Source: an uncultured Mycoplasma sp.
GTDB taxonomy: Bacteria > Bacillota_I > Bacilli_A > Mycoplasmatales > Mycoplasmoidaceae
Length of the DNA stretch: 64,000 nt
Direction: 5' to 3'
Assembly: GCA_949285105.1 (NCBI GenBank)
Contig: CASDXH010000001.1
Location: 14,180-78,179 of the forward strand
Part shown: positions 23,162-34,601 of the stretch, one piece after another
Layout of the letters: every line of letters starts with the position of its first letter
How positions within the stretch are numbered: the stretch's first letter is position 1
The notes under the pieces: generated by a model
The model's input: the letters and a program-made list of their open reading frames with translations, nothing else
Told to the model about the DNA's origin: nothing
Database searches by the model: none
Program-made: the position numbers and the translations under genes

Positions 23162-24148
23162 CTATTCATCCTTCAATTTCATATTTCTGTCTTCGATTTT
23201 TTTAATAATTTCTTTAAATGATTTTTTACCAAGATTTCTAATTTTTTCAATTTCAGATTTAGTTTTGTCAGTTAATTGTTGAATAGTCTGAATTCCAGCT
23301 CTTTTCAAACAATTGTAAGAACGAACAGTTAATTCTAGTTCATCAATTGAGATAGCTAAAGATTGATTGCTTGCAGTATCAGCACCTTTTTCCATAATGA
23401 TCTTTTCATTCATAGATTCATTTAGGTTAACAATTGGTTTGTAGTGTTCAACTAATATTTTTGCACTTAATGCTAAAGCATCAGCAGCACTTACTGAACC
23501 GTTTGTTGCAATTTCAATTGTTAAAGTATCTGTAGTAGCACTTTTACTAGTTTTAGATTCAGTTACATGGTATGCAACTTTAATAATTGGTGAGTAGTTT
23601 GAATCAACTGCAATTGTGTTGATTGCATTAACTCTTTCTTTGTTTTCTTCAAATGTTCTAAAACCACGACCAGTATCAGCATAAAGTTCCATTTTGAATT
23701 TATGACCTTCACTAACTGTGGCAATGTAAATGTCTTTATTAATAATTGTAAATCCAGCTGGCGTTTCAATATCAGCACCAGTAATTGGTTCACCTTTACC
23801 AACTACATCAATTTTAAGGGTTGGTCATTTTTCAAGCTTAGTTTGTGCTTGTTCTTGTTCGCCAAAAACATCTGAATCAATTTTAATAATTAATTTCTTT
23901 AAGTTTAAAATGATTTGAGTTAAATCTTCTTTAACTCCATCCATTGCTTGGAACTCGTGATTAATTCCAGGAACTTTAATAGCAAATAAACTATATCCTT
24001 CTATGTTGCTTAACAAAACTCTTCTCAAACTGTTACCTAAAGTATTACCAAAACCTCTTTCTAGTGGTTTGATTTCAAATACTCCATGATCAGGACTTGA
24101 TTCACTTTGTTCTACAGCTTCAATTTCATAATGAGTGAATTTTTCCAT
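23162..24148 (-). CDS. rpoA: DNA-directed RNA polymerase alpha subunit
   Basis: Fragments 23825-24148 (ERGFGNTLGNSLRRVLLS) and 23162-23692 (C-terminal domain, ELTVRSYNCLKRAGI) are in one frame. 328 aa. Confidence 0.95.
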
Positions 24149-24168
24149 GTTATATATCTCCTACTAAA

Positions 24169-24536
24169 TTATCTTGGTTTTTTAGGTGGTCTACACCCGT
24201 TATGTGGAATTGGAGTAACATCATGAATTTCTGTTATTTCCAATCCTGCAGCGTGTAAACTTCTTATTGCTGTATCTTTCCCTTGACCTGTACCATTAAC
24301 TTTAACAATAATTTTTTTAAGTCCTAAATCCATTGCTGCTTTAGCTGCAGTTTCAGCTGCTATACCCGCTGCATATGGAGTAGATTTTTTAGAACCTTTA
24401 TATCCAACACTACCAGAACTTGATCATGAAATTGCATTTCCTAATTCACATGTCAATGTAACAATTGTGTTGTTTGCAGTTGCATGAATGTGAGCTATAC
24501 CATTAGGAGAAGATAATTTTCTTTTTTTCTTTGCCA
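24169..24536 (-). CDS. rpsK: 30S ribosomal protein S11, with an apparent 1-nt frameshift in this sequence
   Basis: [19 protein letters not shown] is read from ATG 24536. The rest ([39 protein letters not shown]...[12 protein letters not shown]) is in the -1 frame. The total span is 368 nt, not a multiple of 3. The junction is at catgca|ctgca, about 24479-24483. Confidence 0.85.
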
Positions 24537-24555
24537 TATTAATACTCCTTTAATA

Positions 24556-24930
24556 CTATTTAGATTCAATCTTTTTATTTGCAACTGTTTTTCTAGGACC
24601 TTTTCTAGTTCTAGCATTTGATTTAGTTCTTTGACCTCTTACAGGTAAAGAACGTCTATGTCTAATACCTCTATAACAACCAATTTCCATCAATCTTTTG
24701 ATGTTCATTGCTGTTTCTCTTCTAAGGTCACCTTCGATCATGTATTCAGCAGCGATTTTTCTAATTGTTGCTAATTCTTCATCAGTTAGAGTAGAAACTT
24801 TTCTATTTTCATCAATTTTAGCTTTAGCTAAAATTTCAGAACTTCTAGATCTTCCAATCCCATAAACATAAGTTAACGAAATAACTACACGCTTATTATT
24901 TGGAATATCAACACCTAATATACGAGCCAT
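24556..24930 (-). CDS. rpsM: 30S ribosomal protein S13
   Basis: Intact [29 protein letters not shown]. Confidence 0.95.
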   Translation of the reverse strand: MARILGVDIPNNKRVVISLTYVYGIGRSRSSEILAKAKIDENRKVSTLTDEELATIRKIAAEYMIEGDLRRETAMNIKRLMEIGCYRGIRHRRSLPVRGQRTKSNARTRKGPRKTVANKKIESK

Positions 24931-24939
24931 TCTTTCCTC

Positions 24940-25053
24940 CTACCCTTGTCTTTGTTTGTGTTTAGCTGTTTTACAAATAACCATAACACGCCCATTTCTT
25001 TTAATTACCTTACAATCTTTACAGATTGGTTTTACTGAAGCTCTAACCTTCAT
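24940..25053 (-). CDS. rpmJ: 50S ribosomal protein L36
   Basis: Too short for the track. [37 protein letters not shown]. 37 aa. Confidence 0.9.
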   Translation of the reverse strand: MKVRASVKPICKDCKVIKRNGRVMVICKTAKHKQRQG

Positions 25054-25067
25054 AATTTAATTTCCTC

Positions 25068-25286
25068 CTAAGAAATTCTATATACAATACGGCCACGTGT
25101 TAAATCATAAGGACTTAACTCAACTTCTACAGTATCACCTTTTAAAATCTGAATTTTATAAACACGGATTTTACCAGATACGTTTGCCATAATTTCTACA
25201 TTATTTTCAAGTTTTACTTTAAACTGTCCACCTTGTAATGTCTCAGTAACAACGCCTTTTAATTTAATTTTATCTTCTTTTGACAT
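25068..25286 (-). CDS. infA: translation initiation factor IF-1
   Basis: Intact [31 protein letters not shown]...GRIVYR. Confidence 0.95.
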   Translation of the reverse strand: MSKEDKIKLKGVVTETLQGGQFKVKLENNVEIMANVSGKIRVYKIQILKGDTVEVELSPYDLTRGRIVYRIS

Positions 25287-25298
25287 TCTAATTTCTAC

Positions 25299-26045
25299 CT
25301 ATTCTGTTAAAATTTCACAACCATCTTTTGTAACTAAAACCATATGTTCTCAATGACAAGTTAACTTATGGTTTTTTGATATTACAGATCAGTTATCTTT
25401 TCTATCTATATAATATGCATTATTGTCAGTTAATATCATTGGTTCTATGCAGATAATCATTCCAGGTCTAAGTTTTGCACCAGAACCTTTGTTTCCATAA
25501 TTTAAAATAATTGGATCTTCATGTAACTTCTTACCACAACCGTGGCCACCAAAATCTGAGATTACTTTGTAGCCATTTGCTTCAACATAGTTTTGAACAG
25601 CATGTGATATGTCACCAATTGTATTATTTGGCTTTACTTGTTTTATCCCTTCAATCAATGAGTTGTAACAAACATCACTGATTTTTTGTGCTTCACTATT
25701 ATCACCAATAATAACAGTGAAAGCAGCATCACAAATATAACTATTATATTCAACACCTATGTCGCAAGTTACCATGTCTTGGTATTTTAATTTGTAGTTT
25801 GTTGGGACTCCGTGAATTACTACATCATTCACTGAAATACAAATATGTCCTGGAAAACCATTATAGTTATGAAAACAAGCTTTACACCCATTATCATCTT
25901 CTATTAGTTTTCTAGCATATTCATCTATTTCCAATAAAGAAACACCCTCTTTGATAAAGGATGTTAATTTGTCTCTAACTTCTTTTCAAATTGAACAAGC
26001 TTTTTTAATTTGTTCAATTTCATAATTTGATTTAATGTATATCAT
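25299..26045 (-). CDS. map: type I methionine aminopeptidase
   Basis: ATG at 26045 (MIYIKSNYEIEQIKKACSIW...) is in frame with 25389-25934 and continues through TGA to TAG at 25299-25301 (...CHWEHMVLVTKDGCEILTE). 248 aa. Confidence 0.9.
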
Positions 26046-26065
26046 AACAAGATAATTTTAATTGA

Positions 26066-26695
26066 TTATTTTAAATATGATTCTATTTCTTGATTTACTT
26101 TAGATGCTGAATCACTTGCTTCAATCGTTACTAATTTATTTTTAGATTTGTAATAGTCAATCAGTGGAGCTGTAGTTTTTTTGTACACTGACAATCTATT
26201 TTGAATTGTATTAATTTCATCATCTTTTCTTTGGGTTAATAACCCATTATCAAGATCACAGATACCGTCAACCTTTGGCGGAGAAAAGTAGATATTGTAT
26301 ATTTTTTTACATACGCTACAAGTTCTTCTACCAGTAAGTCTTTTTTCAAGTATTTCGTGATTTACATCTAAATAAAATACTCTGTCTAATTCTAAGATGT
26401 TGTTTAAAAATTCAGCTTGTTCTATTGTTCTAGGGTAACCATCTAAAACAATAGAGTGGTTTTGTTTTACAAGATCTTGTAAATAGTTTTTAACAATTTT
26501 ATTTGTTAAATCATCTGGTACAAGATCACCTTTCAACATATAGCTTTTTAACTCGTTAGCAAATTCTAAATTTAATTCAATTGTTTTTCTAAATATGTCT
26601 CCAGTAGAAACATGAACAAATTTATGTTGTTTAACTAAGTATTCAGATAAAGTACCTTTACCTGAACCTGGAGCTCCTAATAATAAGATTTTCAT
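26066..26695 (-). CDS. adk: adenylate kinase
   Basis: Intact ORF, MKILLLGAPGSGKGT (P-loop), with a Zn-lid CSVC... Confidence 0.95.
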   Translation of the reverse strand: MKILLLGAPGSGKGTLSEYLVKQHKFVHVSTGDIFRKTIELNLEFANELKSYMLKGDLVPDDLTNKIVKNYLQDLVKQNHSIVLDGYPRTIEQAEFLNNILELDRVFYLDVNHEILEKRLTGRRTCSVCKKIYNIYFSPPKVDGICDLDNGLLTQRKDDEINTIQNRLSVYKKTTAPLIDYYKSKNKLVTIEASDSASKVNQEIESYLK

Positions 26696-26704
26696 TTATT
26701 ACCT

Positions 26705-28126
26705 CTATCATAAATGCTGTGATTTTTTAGAGTCACCATCTCCATTACCATTTGATAAATAAGATTCGTTTGATGATTTGATATCTTTTGTAAGATTTGA
26801 ATAACCATAATTTGTTTGAGCACTCTTAAGTGCTTGTCAGAATTCTAGTGAACCACTAACCATAATAATGATCCCTGTACCACCAATAGCCAAACCATTG
26901 GGAATGTTTGTTGTCATTGAAATAATATATGGAATAATTGCAATAACAACTAAAAAAGGAACTCCTAGTCAGTTAACTCTGTTTAATGTTCTAGTTATAT
27001 ATTTATATGTTTCATCCCCAACTTTTACACCAGGAATATATTTACCTGATTTCTTTAAGTTCTCCGCAAGTTTTTCTGGATTAACTTGAATGTGAGAATA
27101 GAAGAAACCAAACAAGAATATAAGGATGGCGTATATTGTTAAACCAACAGGTGTTTCAATTGCTAAAAACTCGTTTACAAAAGTTACAAATCCATTAGTA
27201 GGAGAAAGGAATTGTGCAATTGTTGGTGGAATAGTCATCAATGAACTTGCAAAAATTACAGGTATAACACCAGCAGCATTTAACTTAATTGGTAAATAAG
27301 GCATTTCTTCAGAATCTGTAGTTAAACCTTGACCAATTTGTTGAATAGGAATTTTTCTTGTTGAACCATTCATAAATACAACAGCAAGTAAGATTAGTAT
27401 AAAGAATACTAAATATAAGATAAAGCTAAAGTATTTTAATAGTTCATAAGTTGATGTTGATTGATTAACTAATACTTGGAATACATTACTAAAGTTGCTA
27501 AATAAAGAAGATAGAATCCCTGAAAGTATGATTAGCGTAATACCGTTACCAATACCTCTTTTTGAAATAACATCAGCTAAGAAAATTGTTAAGAAAGTAC
27601 CAGCAGTCATACCTATTAATAATAGAAATAATTGACCACTAGAAACTGCCGCTAAAGAAGTTTGCCCAAAAATAGTAATAGCTCCACTATTTGCAGCTAA
27701 ACTTATTACAGCATAAGCTTGCATGATTGCAAAAGGAATAGTTAATATACGGTTTATAATCTCAATTTTTCTCTTACCTTTTTCACCAGCTTTGGTTAAC
27801 CTAGTAAGTGGTTTTATCAAATCACTTGATAACAACTGAATAATAATCTGAGCAGTAATATATGGCGAAACACCAATAGCCATAAAAGAAAATTGAGTAA
27901 TTCCACCACCACCCAAAATATTTAAAATACCTAAAAATGATTGTTCAGTATCTGATGTCACTTCATTAAGCTTTACACCCGGCAATGTAAGGTTTGCACC
28001 TATCCTAAACAACAAAAGCAAAATCATGGTTGCTAATAAAGAAATCATGACTTGCTTATTTGTAAATATTCTTTTTAGATATGTTCAGTTTGATATCTTC
28101 TTATTTCTATTATTTATATTAGCCAT
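26705..28126 (-). CDS. secY: preprotein translocase subunit SecY
   Basis: ATG at 28126 ([21 protein letters not shown]...) is in frame with 26969-28048 and continues through TGA codons to TAG at 26705-26707. 473 aa, multi-TM. Confidence 0.9.
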
Positions 28127-28170
28127 TTGTATAATATGATACTATATAATTTTTATTTTGAAAATAAGAA

Positions 28171-28653
28171 TTATTTTTTAGCTGACTTAACAGTTTTATT
28201 TTTTTCTGTAGAAACAATTGAGACTTTACTTTTAGATTTTTCTAATGCTTCCATAGCACCTTTAGAAACTTTATGAACAAAAACATTTAATGGTTTTTTA
28301 ACTTCTGTTGCACCAATAATTTTAATAGGTAAATTATTGTCTTGGATTAATTTTTTCTCAACTAATGATTTGTAATTAATTTCAGTTACATTTCATTTTG
28401 AGATCATGTCTAATGTAATAACATTGTATGCATTTTCAAAGTTTTTGTTATTGAAACCAACTTTAGGTATTCTTCTATATAAAGGTGTTTGACCACCTTC
28501 AAAACCTAAACGAGTTCCACCTGATTTTCTAGAATTTTGACCTTTGCTACCTCTTGTAGAAGTTTTACCTATTCCAGATCCAAAGCCACGACCAACTCTT
28601 TTTTCTTTATGATTTCTAGCACCTTCGTTGTATGATAATTTATTTAATTTCAT
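28171..28653 (-). CDS. rplO: 50S ribosomal protein L15
   Basis: Fragment 28393-28653 ([20 protein letters not shown]) extends through TGA to TAA at 28171-28173. 160 aa. Confidence 0.9.
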
Positions 28654-28670
28654 ATTTAAATCTCCAGTTA

Positions 28671-29321
28671 TTATAGTTCACTAAGTTTTTTATCTCTAAG
28701 GTGCGCGATTTCTTTAGGAGTTTTTTGTGACAATAATCCTTTCACTGTAGCTCTAACCATATTTAAAGAAGTATTTTTACCAAGGTTTTTAGAATAAACA
28801 TCTTTAAACCCTGCTAACTCTAATACCACTTTGATTGGACCACCAGCGATAATACCAGTACCCTCAACTGCTGGTTTTAATAAAACTCTACCTGCACCAT
28901 GTTTACCAATTGTTTCATGGAACACAGTTGCTTTTTTAGTCATCTTAACTTTAACCATGTTATTTTTAGCATTCTTTAATGCTTTTTTAATAGCTACTGG
29001 AACTTCAATAGATTTACCCATTCCAAATCCAATGCTACCCTTTTTATCCCCAATAACTACTAGGGCACTAAATCTCATGTTTCTACCACCCTTTGTAGTT
29101 TTAGAAATTCTTTTTACACCAACAACTTTTTCTTCATATCCAGTCATTGATGTTCTTGGAGCTTTTTCTCTAGAATTTGAATCTCTATTGTTGTCTCTAT
29201 TTGGTCTGTTATTGTTGTTGTTTGAGAAATTGTTATTAGTTTGTTCTTTCTTTAAGACTTTTTTGTCTTCTTTTACTTGCTCAGTTGCTTGAGCAGTCGA
29301 TTGATTTTTAATTTCTTCCAT
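28671..29321 (-). CDS. rpsE: 30S ribosomal protein S5 with a roughly 60-aa N-terminal Asn/Lys-rich extension
   Basis: Intact ORF. The S5 core starts near [28 protein letters not shown]. It is preceded by ...[30 protein letters not shown]. Confidence 0.95.
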   Translation of the reverse strand: MEEIKNQSTAQATEQVKEDKKVLKKEQTNNNFSNNNNNRPNRDNNRDSNSREKAPRTSMTGYEEKVVGVKRISKTTKGGRNMRFSALVVIGDKKGSIGFGMGKSIEVPVAIKKALKNAKNNMVKVKMTKKATVFHETIGKHGAGRVLLKPAVEGTGIIAGGPIKVVLELAGFKDVYSKNLGKNTSLNMVRATVKGLLSQKTPKEIAHLRDKKLSEL

Positions 29322-29333
29322 TTTAAGATCCTT

Positions 29334-29693
29334 TTAGAATTTTAATCCTGCGTTTCTTGCTGCATCTGCTAATGCAGAAATTCTACCATGGTATTTAGAA
29401 CCACCACAGTCAAAGTGAATTTTTTTCACTTTCTTAGCAATTGCTTTCTTAGCAATATCTTCTCCAACTTTTTTAGAGTTTTCAACGTTACCATTTTTTA
29501 GTTTAAGTTGAAGTGAAGAACTTGAAGCAATTGTGATGTGTTTATTGTCATCAATTAATTGTGCGAAAATATGAGCATTTGTTTTTGTAACTATTAGTCT
29601 TGGTAAACCATTATCAATTTTGTGAAATTTTCTCAAAACCTTTTTGTGACGTAATTGTTTGTTAAGTTTTCTATTAACATTCATGTCTTTCAT
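29334..29693 (-). CDS. rplR: 50S ribosomal protein L18
   Basis: Intact ORF after AGGTGG. ...HIFAQLIDD...GGSKYHGRISALADAARNAGLKF. Confidence 0.95.
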   Translation of the reverse strand: MKDMNVNRKLNKQLRHKKVLRKFHKIDNGLPRLIVTKTNAHIFAQLIDDNKHITIASSSSLQLKLKNGNVENSKKVGEDIAKKAIAKKVKKIHFDCGGSKYHGRISALADAARNAGLKF

Positions 29694-29711
29694 AATTGTA
29701 TACCACCTAAA

Positions 29712-30263
29712 CTATTTTTTTGAACCTTCAGCTGTTTTACCAACTTTTCTAACAATATGCTCATCAGAGTACATAACCCCTTTACCTTTATATGGTTCAG
29801 GTTTTCTCTTGCTTCTAATAACAGCTGCTAACTGTCCAACAACAATTTTATCAGCACCTCAAATTTTAATTTCAGTAGCTGAAGGACATTCAACCTTAAC
29901 ACCGTTTGGAATAGGTACTAAGATATTGTGTGAATGACCAAGATATAAATCAACATTTGTACCAGACACAGCAGCTTTATAACCAACCCCGCTGATTTTT
30001 AATGTTTTAGAGTGCCCTTGGTCTACACCAATAATTGCATTTCTAATATTTGCATTTACTGTACCATGTAGCATTTTGGTGAATTTTTCTTCATTATTTC
30101 TTTTCACATATATTTTGTTATCTTTTGAAATGACAGATATAAGTTTGCTATCGAATTTAATATCAAGGTTTCCATTCTTGCCAGATACTTTTACATTACC
30201 TTTTTGAACATCAACATTAACACCACTTGGAATATCTAAAATTCTATTTCCTATACGTGACAT
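29712..30263 (-). CDS. rplF: 50S ribosomal protein L6
   Basis: Fragment 29859-30263 ([15 protein letters not shown]) continues through TGA to TAG at 29712-29714. 183 aa. Confidence 0.9.
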
Positions 30264-30272
30264 ATTAAACTC

Positions 30273-30668
30273 CTATCAAACAAAAGCGATTACTTCGCCA
30301 CCAATACTTTTAGCTCTTGCAGCTTTATCTGTCATTAATCCAGCACTTGTAGAAACAATTGCAATTCCTAATCCGTTTAAAACCTTAGGAAGTTTTTCTG
30401 CTTTACTATAAACTCTTAGTCCCGGTTTTGAAATTTGTTTTAATCCAGAAATTGATGATACATTGTTTTTATATTTCAAAATAACTTTTGTTTCTTTTTT
30501 GTTGTTTGGAAGCTTTTTTGTTTTGTAGTCTACAATGTAACCTTCATTTTTTAATATTGTTAATATTCCTTCAACTAATTTAGAAGAGTGAACAATAACT
30601 TCTTCCTTTCTTGCTTTAGTTCCTGTTTTAATTCTTAATAATAAATCTGATATTGGATCCATGAACAT
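30273..30668 (-). CDS. rpsH: 30S ribosomal protein S8
   Basis: ORF 30276-30668 ends at a TGA read as Trp, then TAG at 30273. The C-terminus ...GGEVIAFVW is typical of S8. Confidence 0.95.
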
Positions 30669-30686
30669 ATTCTTAAATCCTCCTTA

Positions 30687-30872
30687 TTATCAGCTTGCTT
30701 TTTTAACGCCAGGAATTGCACCTTTATATGCAAGATCTCTAAAGCATAAACGACAAATACCGAATTTTCTTAGTACGGCTCTTGGTCTTCCACATCTTTC
30801 ACATCTAGTGTATTCTCTCACTGAGAATTTTTGATGCTTTTTTTGTTTTACTATTAATGATTTTTTAGCCAT
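30687..30872 (-). CDS. rpsN: 30S ribosomal protein S14 type Z
   Basis: CxxC...CxxC zinc motif (CERCGRP...CRLCFR). The terminal ...KKASW uses TGA=Trp before TAA at 30687. 61 aa. Confidence 0.95.
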
Positions 30873-30874
30873 AA

Positions 30875-31438
30875 TTATTTAGTCTCCTTAGTTCTAACAA
30901 AAGGCATACCTAATGCTTTTAAAAGAAACAAAGCTTCTTTATCAGTATTAGCTGATGTAACAATTGTTATATCAAACCCTCTAATTTTTTTAATATCATC
31001 ATAAACAATTTCTGGGAAAATAATTTGTTCTTTAATTCCTAAAGTATAATTTCCTCTACCATCAAATGATTTAGTAGATAAACCTCTAAAGTCTCTAATT
31101 CTTGGAATAGCTACAGAGATTAACTTATCCAAGAAGTTTCACATGTTTTCTTTTCTTAAAGTAACTTTAACACCAATAACTTGGTCTTTTCTTAGTTTAA
31201 ATGTAGCAATAGATTTTTTTGCTTTAGTTTCAGCTGGTTTTTGACCAGTGATCACTTCAAGTTCTTTTTTACCTAATTCGATTATTTTAGAATCCGCTGT
31301 AGCATCACCTAATCCTGAGTTAATAACAATCTTTTCAATTTTTGGTATTTGCATAACAGATTGATATTTAAATTCATTTAGTAATGCTTTGCTAACTGTT
31401 TTTTTATATTTTTCATATAAACTTGATTTAATAGCCAT
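30875..31438 (-). CDS. rplE: 50S ribosomal protein L5
   Basis: Fragments 31139-31438 and 30875-31132 are joined in frame by one TGA. 187 aa. Confidence 0.95.
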
Positions 31439-31450
31439 AAATATCCCCTA

Positions 31451-31774
31451 TTACTTTTTATCTATTTCAGAATTTGTTGCTTTAGCGATTCTAACTTTTT
31501 TATTATTTTTGTCATAACCAAATCTAACTTTAGTTATTTTAGTTTTAGCTTTAGGTTCAACTAAAGCTAATTTACATAAGTGGATTGGTAATTGTTTTTC
31601 AACAATTCCACCTTCTTCTTTTTGATGATTAGGTTTTTGGTGTTTTTTAACAATGTTCACACCTTCAACTATCGCTTTATCTAGTTTTGGAAACACTTGT
31701 AAGATAATTCCTTCTTTTCCAATTTCTTTTCCAGAAATAACTCTTACTCTATCACCTTTTTTAAGTCTTTGCAT
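31451..31774 (-). CDS. rplX: 50S ribosomal protein L24
   Basis: Intact ORF, MQRLKKGDRVRVISGKEIGKEG (KOW). Confidence 0.95.
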   Translation of the reverse strand: MQRLKKGDRVRVISGKEIGKEGIILQVFPKLDKAIVEGVNIVKKHQKPNHQKEEGGIVEKQLPIHLCKLALVEPKAKTKITKVRFGYDKNNKKVRIAKATNSEIDKK

Positions 31775-31786
31775 AACAGTTACCTC

Positions 31787-32155
31787 CTATAATACTTCTG
31801 GCGCTAAAGAAGCTATCTTAGCAAAACCTTTATCTCTTAACTCTCTAGCAACAGGTCCAAAAATACGAGAACCTCTAGGAGTTTTATCTTCTTTAATAAT
31901 TACACATGCATTATCATCAAATGATAAATAGTTTCCACTAGATCTTTTAATTGTCTTTTTTGTTCTAACTATAACCGCTTTACAAACTTGACCTTTTTTA
32001 ACGATTCCATCTGGTTGAGCTTTTTTAACTGACACTATTACAATGTCACCAACAGATGCATATCTTCTTTTTGAACCACCAATAACTTTAATAACTCCAA
32101 CTATTTTGGCACCAGTATTATCAGCTACGTTCATTCTTGACATAAATTGAATCAT
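31787..32155 (-). CDS. rplN: 50S ribosomal protein L14
   Basis: Intact [20 protein letters not shown]. Confidence 0.95.
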   Translation of the reverse strand: MIQFMSRMNVADNTGAKIVGVIKVIGGSKRRYASVGDIVIVSVKKAQPDGIVKKGQVCKAVIVRTKKTIKRSSGNYLSFDDNACVIIKEDKTPRGSRIFGPVARELRDKGFAKIASLAPEVL

Positions 32156-32180
32156 ATAGTTTATCTCCTTATATTAAAAA

Positions 32181-32435
32181 TTATTTAGCTTTTTCAATGA
32201 TGCTGTTTAGTCTTCAACGTTTTAAAGCACTTAAAGGTCTTGTTTCAATGATTTCTACAAAATCACCAATTTTACATTCTTCTTTTTCATCATGTGCATG
32301 GTATTTTTTATGAGTAATAACTAATTTTTTATATAAAGGGTGTTTAGTTTTAGTTTCAACATTAACTACAATTGTTTTTTGCATTTTATCTGAAACTACA
32401 ATCCCTTGTAAAACTTTTCTTCTATTTCTTTCCAT
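32181..32435 (-). CDS. rpsQ: 30S ribosomal protein S17
   Basis: Fragment 32214-32435 continues through TGA (..[16 protein letters not shown]) to TAA at 32181. 84 aa. Confidence 0.9.
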
Positions 32436-32448
32436 AATTTATACCTAA

Positions 32449-32937
32449 TTATCCTTTAGCAGTCTTTCTTATTTGCACTGATGATTGTTTTTTTGTTGAT
32501 TTGCTAGCCACTGATTTAATAGCTGGTTTAGTTTGAACTTTATTCTTCTTGTTATCAATGTTGTTAACTTGTTTTTTAGGTTCGCTTGTTTTTGTTTTGT
32601 TAGCTGATACTTTTGTACTTGTTTTCTTATTAGTTTGTTGAGCTTTTTGAGAAACTACAGATGAAATTAAACTTGCATTGTTAATTGAATTTATTACTTG
32701 TTTATTGTTAACTGTTTTAATCAATTGTGTGCTGTGGGTTGTGAATGAAACTTTTACATTTCTTTGAGATAATACTGTCATTGCATTAGCAATTGTTTTT
32801 CTTATTTCTTTAGCTGTATGAGTAGTTTCTAATTCACCATTAGCAGCTTTAAATCTTAGTTCTAATAATTGGATTTTAAGCTTACAGATTAATTGACCTA
32901 ATTCAATATCAGTTTTATTTTGTAGTTCTTTGATCAT
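32449..32937 (-). CDS. rpmC: 50S ribosomal protein L29 with a roughly 95-aa Lys/Thr/Ser/Asn-rich C-terminal extension
   Basis: Intact 162-aa ORF. The L29 core is [50 protein letters not shown], followed by a low-complexity tail. Confidence 0.9.
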   Translation of the reverse strand: MIKELQNKTDIELGQLICKLKIQLLELRFKAANGELETTHTAKEIRKTIANAMTVLSQRNVKVSFTTHSTQLIKTVNNKQVINSINNASLISSVVSQKAQQTNKKTSTKVSANKTKTSEPKKQVNNIDNKKNKVQTKPAIKSVASKSTKKQSSVQIRKTAKG

Positions 32938-33352
32938 TTACAAAATCCTCTTTTTTAACTATTTTTCAATTAACGTTTAATTTGTGTCCGGCTCTTCTTA
33001 AACCTTCTCTCATTTGCTCTTCTGGAATTCCTGCAACTTCAAACATAACAGTTCCAGCTTTAACAACAGCCACTCAAAATTCTGGAGAACCTTTACCAGA
33101 ACCCATACGAACCTCTAGTGGTTTTTTAGTTAAAGACATATGAGGGAAAATTCTAATTCACATTTTTCCTGTTTTTCCTAAAGTCTTTGATATAGCAATA
33201 CGTGCAGCTTCAATTTGTCTATCTGTAACTCAATTACCAGATGTTGCCATTAGACCCATTGTTCCAAAAGCAATATAATTGTTACCTTTAGCTTTTCCCT
33301 CATAGCTAACACGATGAGGTTTTCTATATTTTGTACGTTTTGGTTGTAACAT
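32915..33352 (-). CDS. rplP: 50S ribosomal protein L16
   Basis: Absent from the track. [25 protein letters not shown]...[25 protein letters not shown]. Read with TGA=Trp, it ends at TAA 32915-32917 and overlaps rpmC by 23 nt. 145 aa. Confidence 0.85.
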
Positions 33353-33382
33353 AATAAACTCCTTATTAAGTTTGGATAGATA

Positions 33383-33925
33383 TTATTTTAAATATTGGAA
33401 GCCGCTTGGACCTTTTTTCATATTGAAGTCTTCAAGTTTTTTTGGTTTGCTATATCTAAATGATTTTTTAGAAATAAGAGCATGTGCTTCTTTTTTTCCT
33501 TCATAGTAATCATCAAACTCTTTTTTAGTAAGTACTGAATTTTTACCAAATCTTGTTCAAGATGTTGATAGAGCATGAATATCTATCTTCTCTAAGTCAA
33601 ATTCACCAACAACTGCTTGAATTGGTGCAGTTGCATAAATAAGAACTCTTTCAACTTTATTAACTGGTGTAACCTTATAGAAAAGAACATTAGTTTCAGC
33701 TTCATCTAATAATTTATTAGCGTGTTTTGGAGAAGCTGAAATCATGATAATTGATGTCTCTTCAACTTTAACATTCTTTTCAGATGGTTTACTTTCAACA
33801 ACTTTTAATTGTTGTTGTTCTCTTTTCAATGCTTCTGGATCAACTACTTTTACAGGCTTTTCTTCTATAGGTTTTTGAATTGGTTTTTGAACTAGTTTTT
33901 TAGGTTCAGGTTTTTTAGCAGGCAT
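33383..33925 (-). repeat. copy 1 of the duplicated linker plus ASCH-like coding module (S3 tail)
   Basis: Homologous at DNA and protein level to 34602-35156. Both copies end with the same ...[21 protein letters not shown]. Confidence 0.85.
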
Positions 33926-34582
33926 TTCTCTTTTTTGAACTTTTTTATCAAAGATTTCACCACGGTTAATTCAAACCTTAACACCAATTAAACCATAAGT
34001 TGTATGAGCTTCTTCTAAAGCATAATCAATATCTGCTCTTAAAGTTGTTAGAGGAACAATACCTTCTGAATATCCTTCCTCTCTAGCCATTTCAACCCCA
34101 CCAAGTCTACCAGACACGTGAGTTTTAATCCCTTTTGCTCCATTCATTAAAACTTTTTTAATAGCAATTTTTTGAGCATTTCTAAAAGAGATTCTGTTTT
34201 CAATTGCATCAGCAATTTCTCTTGCAATAATTCTTGCTGATAAAGCTGGTTTTTCCAAAGCTAAAACATTAACATTAACTTTAACATCTCTACCAACAAT
34301 TAGATTTACATCTTTTTTAACAACTTTTAAAGTTGCCATATCTTTACCAAGAATAATTCCTGGTTGAGAACAATGAATAAATAGATCTATTTTTTTCTGT
34401 TGTCTTTCAATTTCAATGTTAGCAATTTGCGCAGCTTTGAATTTTTTAATTAAATGGTTTCTGATCTTATCATCTTCAACTAATCACTTAGCTGTTTGTT
34501 TTCCATCTAAAGCGATTCATCTTGATTGTCAGTTTTTGTTAATCCCGATTCTTAATCCATTTGGATTTACTTTTTGTCCCAT
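33383..34582 (-). CDS. rpsC: 30S ribosomal protein S3 fused to a C-terminal Lys/Pro/Glu linker and an ASCH/PUA-like domain
   Basis: ATG at 34582 after GAGAGGA ([29 protein letters not shown]...). In frame through TGA codons with 33971-34339 and 33557-33925, down to TAA at 33383 (all gaps checked). 399 aa, against about 215-235 aa for a usual S3. Confidence 0.9.
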
Positions 34583-34601
34583 AATAATTTTCCTCTCTTA
34601 A

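Noticed and set aside
23563-23802. 79-aa minus-strand ORF overlapping rpoA in another frame (likewise 54128-54343 inside the 1372-aa gene, and 17981-18172 as an independent gene)
   Set aside because: The first two are alternative-frame ORFs inside genes whose main frame is conserved or continuous. The third is one piece of the frameshifted peptidase pseudogene, not a gene.
24470-24495. Programmed -1 ribosomal frameshift in rpsK
   Set aside because: A -1 shift at gca|ct would give the consensus protein. However, there is no slippery heptamer and no obvious downstream stem-loop or pseudoknot, so a single-base sequencing error or deletion is the simpler explanation. I kept it as a finding only as an anomaly to verify.
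28831-29292. 153-aa plus-strand ORF (with similar ones at 34912-35220, 22825-23067, 47997-48392, 36410-36697 and 49706-50026)
   Set aside because: Each lies antisense to a strongly conserved minus-strand gene (rpsE, rplV, rplQ, nusG, rplB, the permease). They have no RBS and a Leu/Phe/Ser-rich composition typical of shadow ORFs in AT-rich DNA.
32915-32937. The L16/L29 overlap as evidence that TGA at 32966-32968 terminates rplP
   Set aside because: TGA is demonstrably a sense codon throughout the window. Reading through gives a 145-aa L16, a normal length, and short overlaps are common in this operon. I cannot exclude the shorter product without proteomics.
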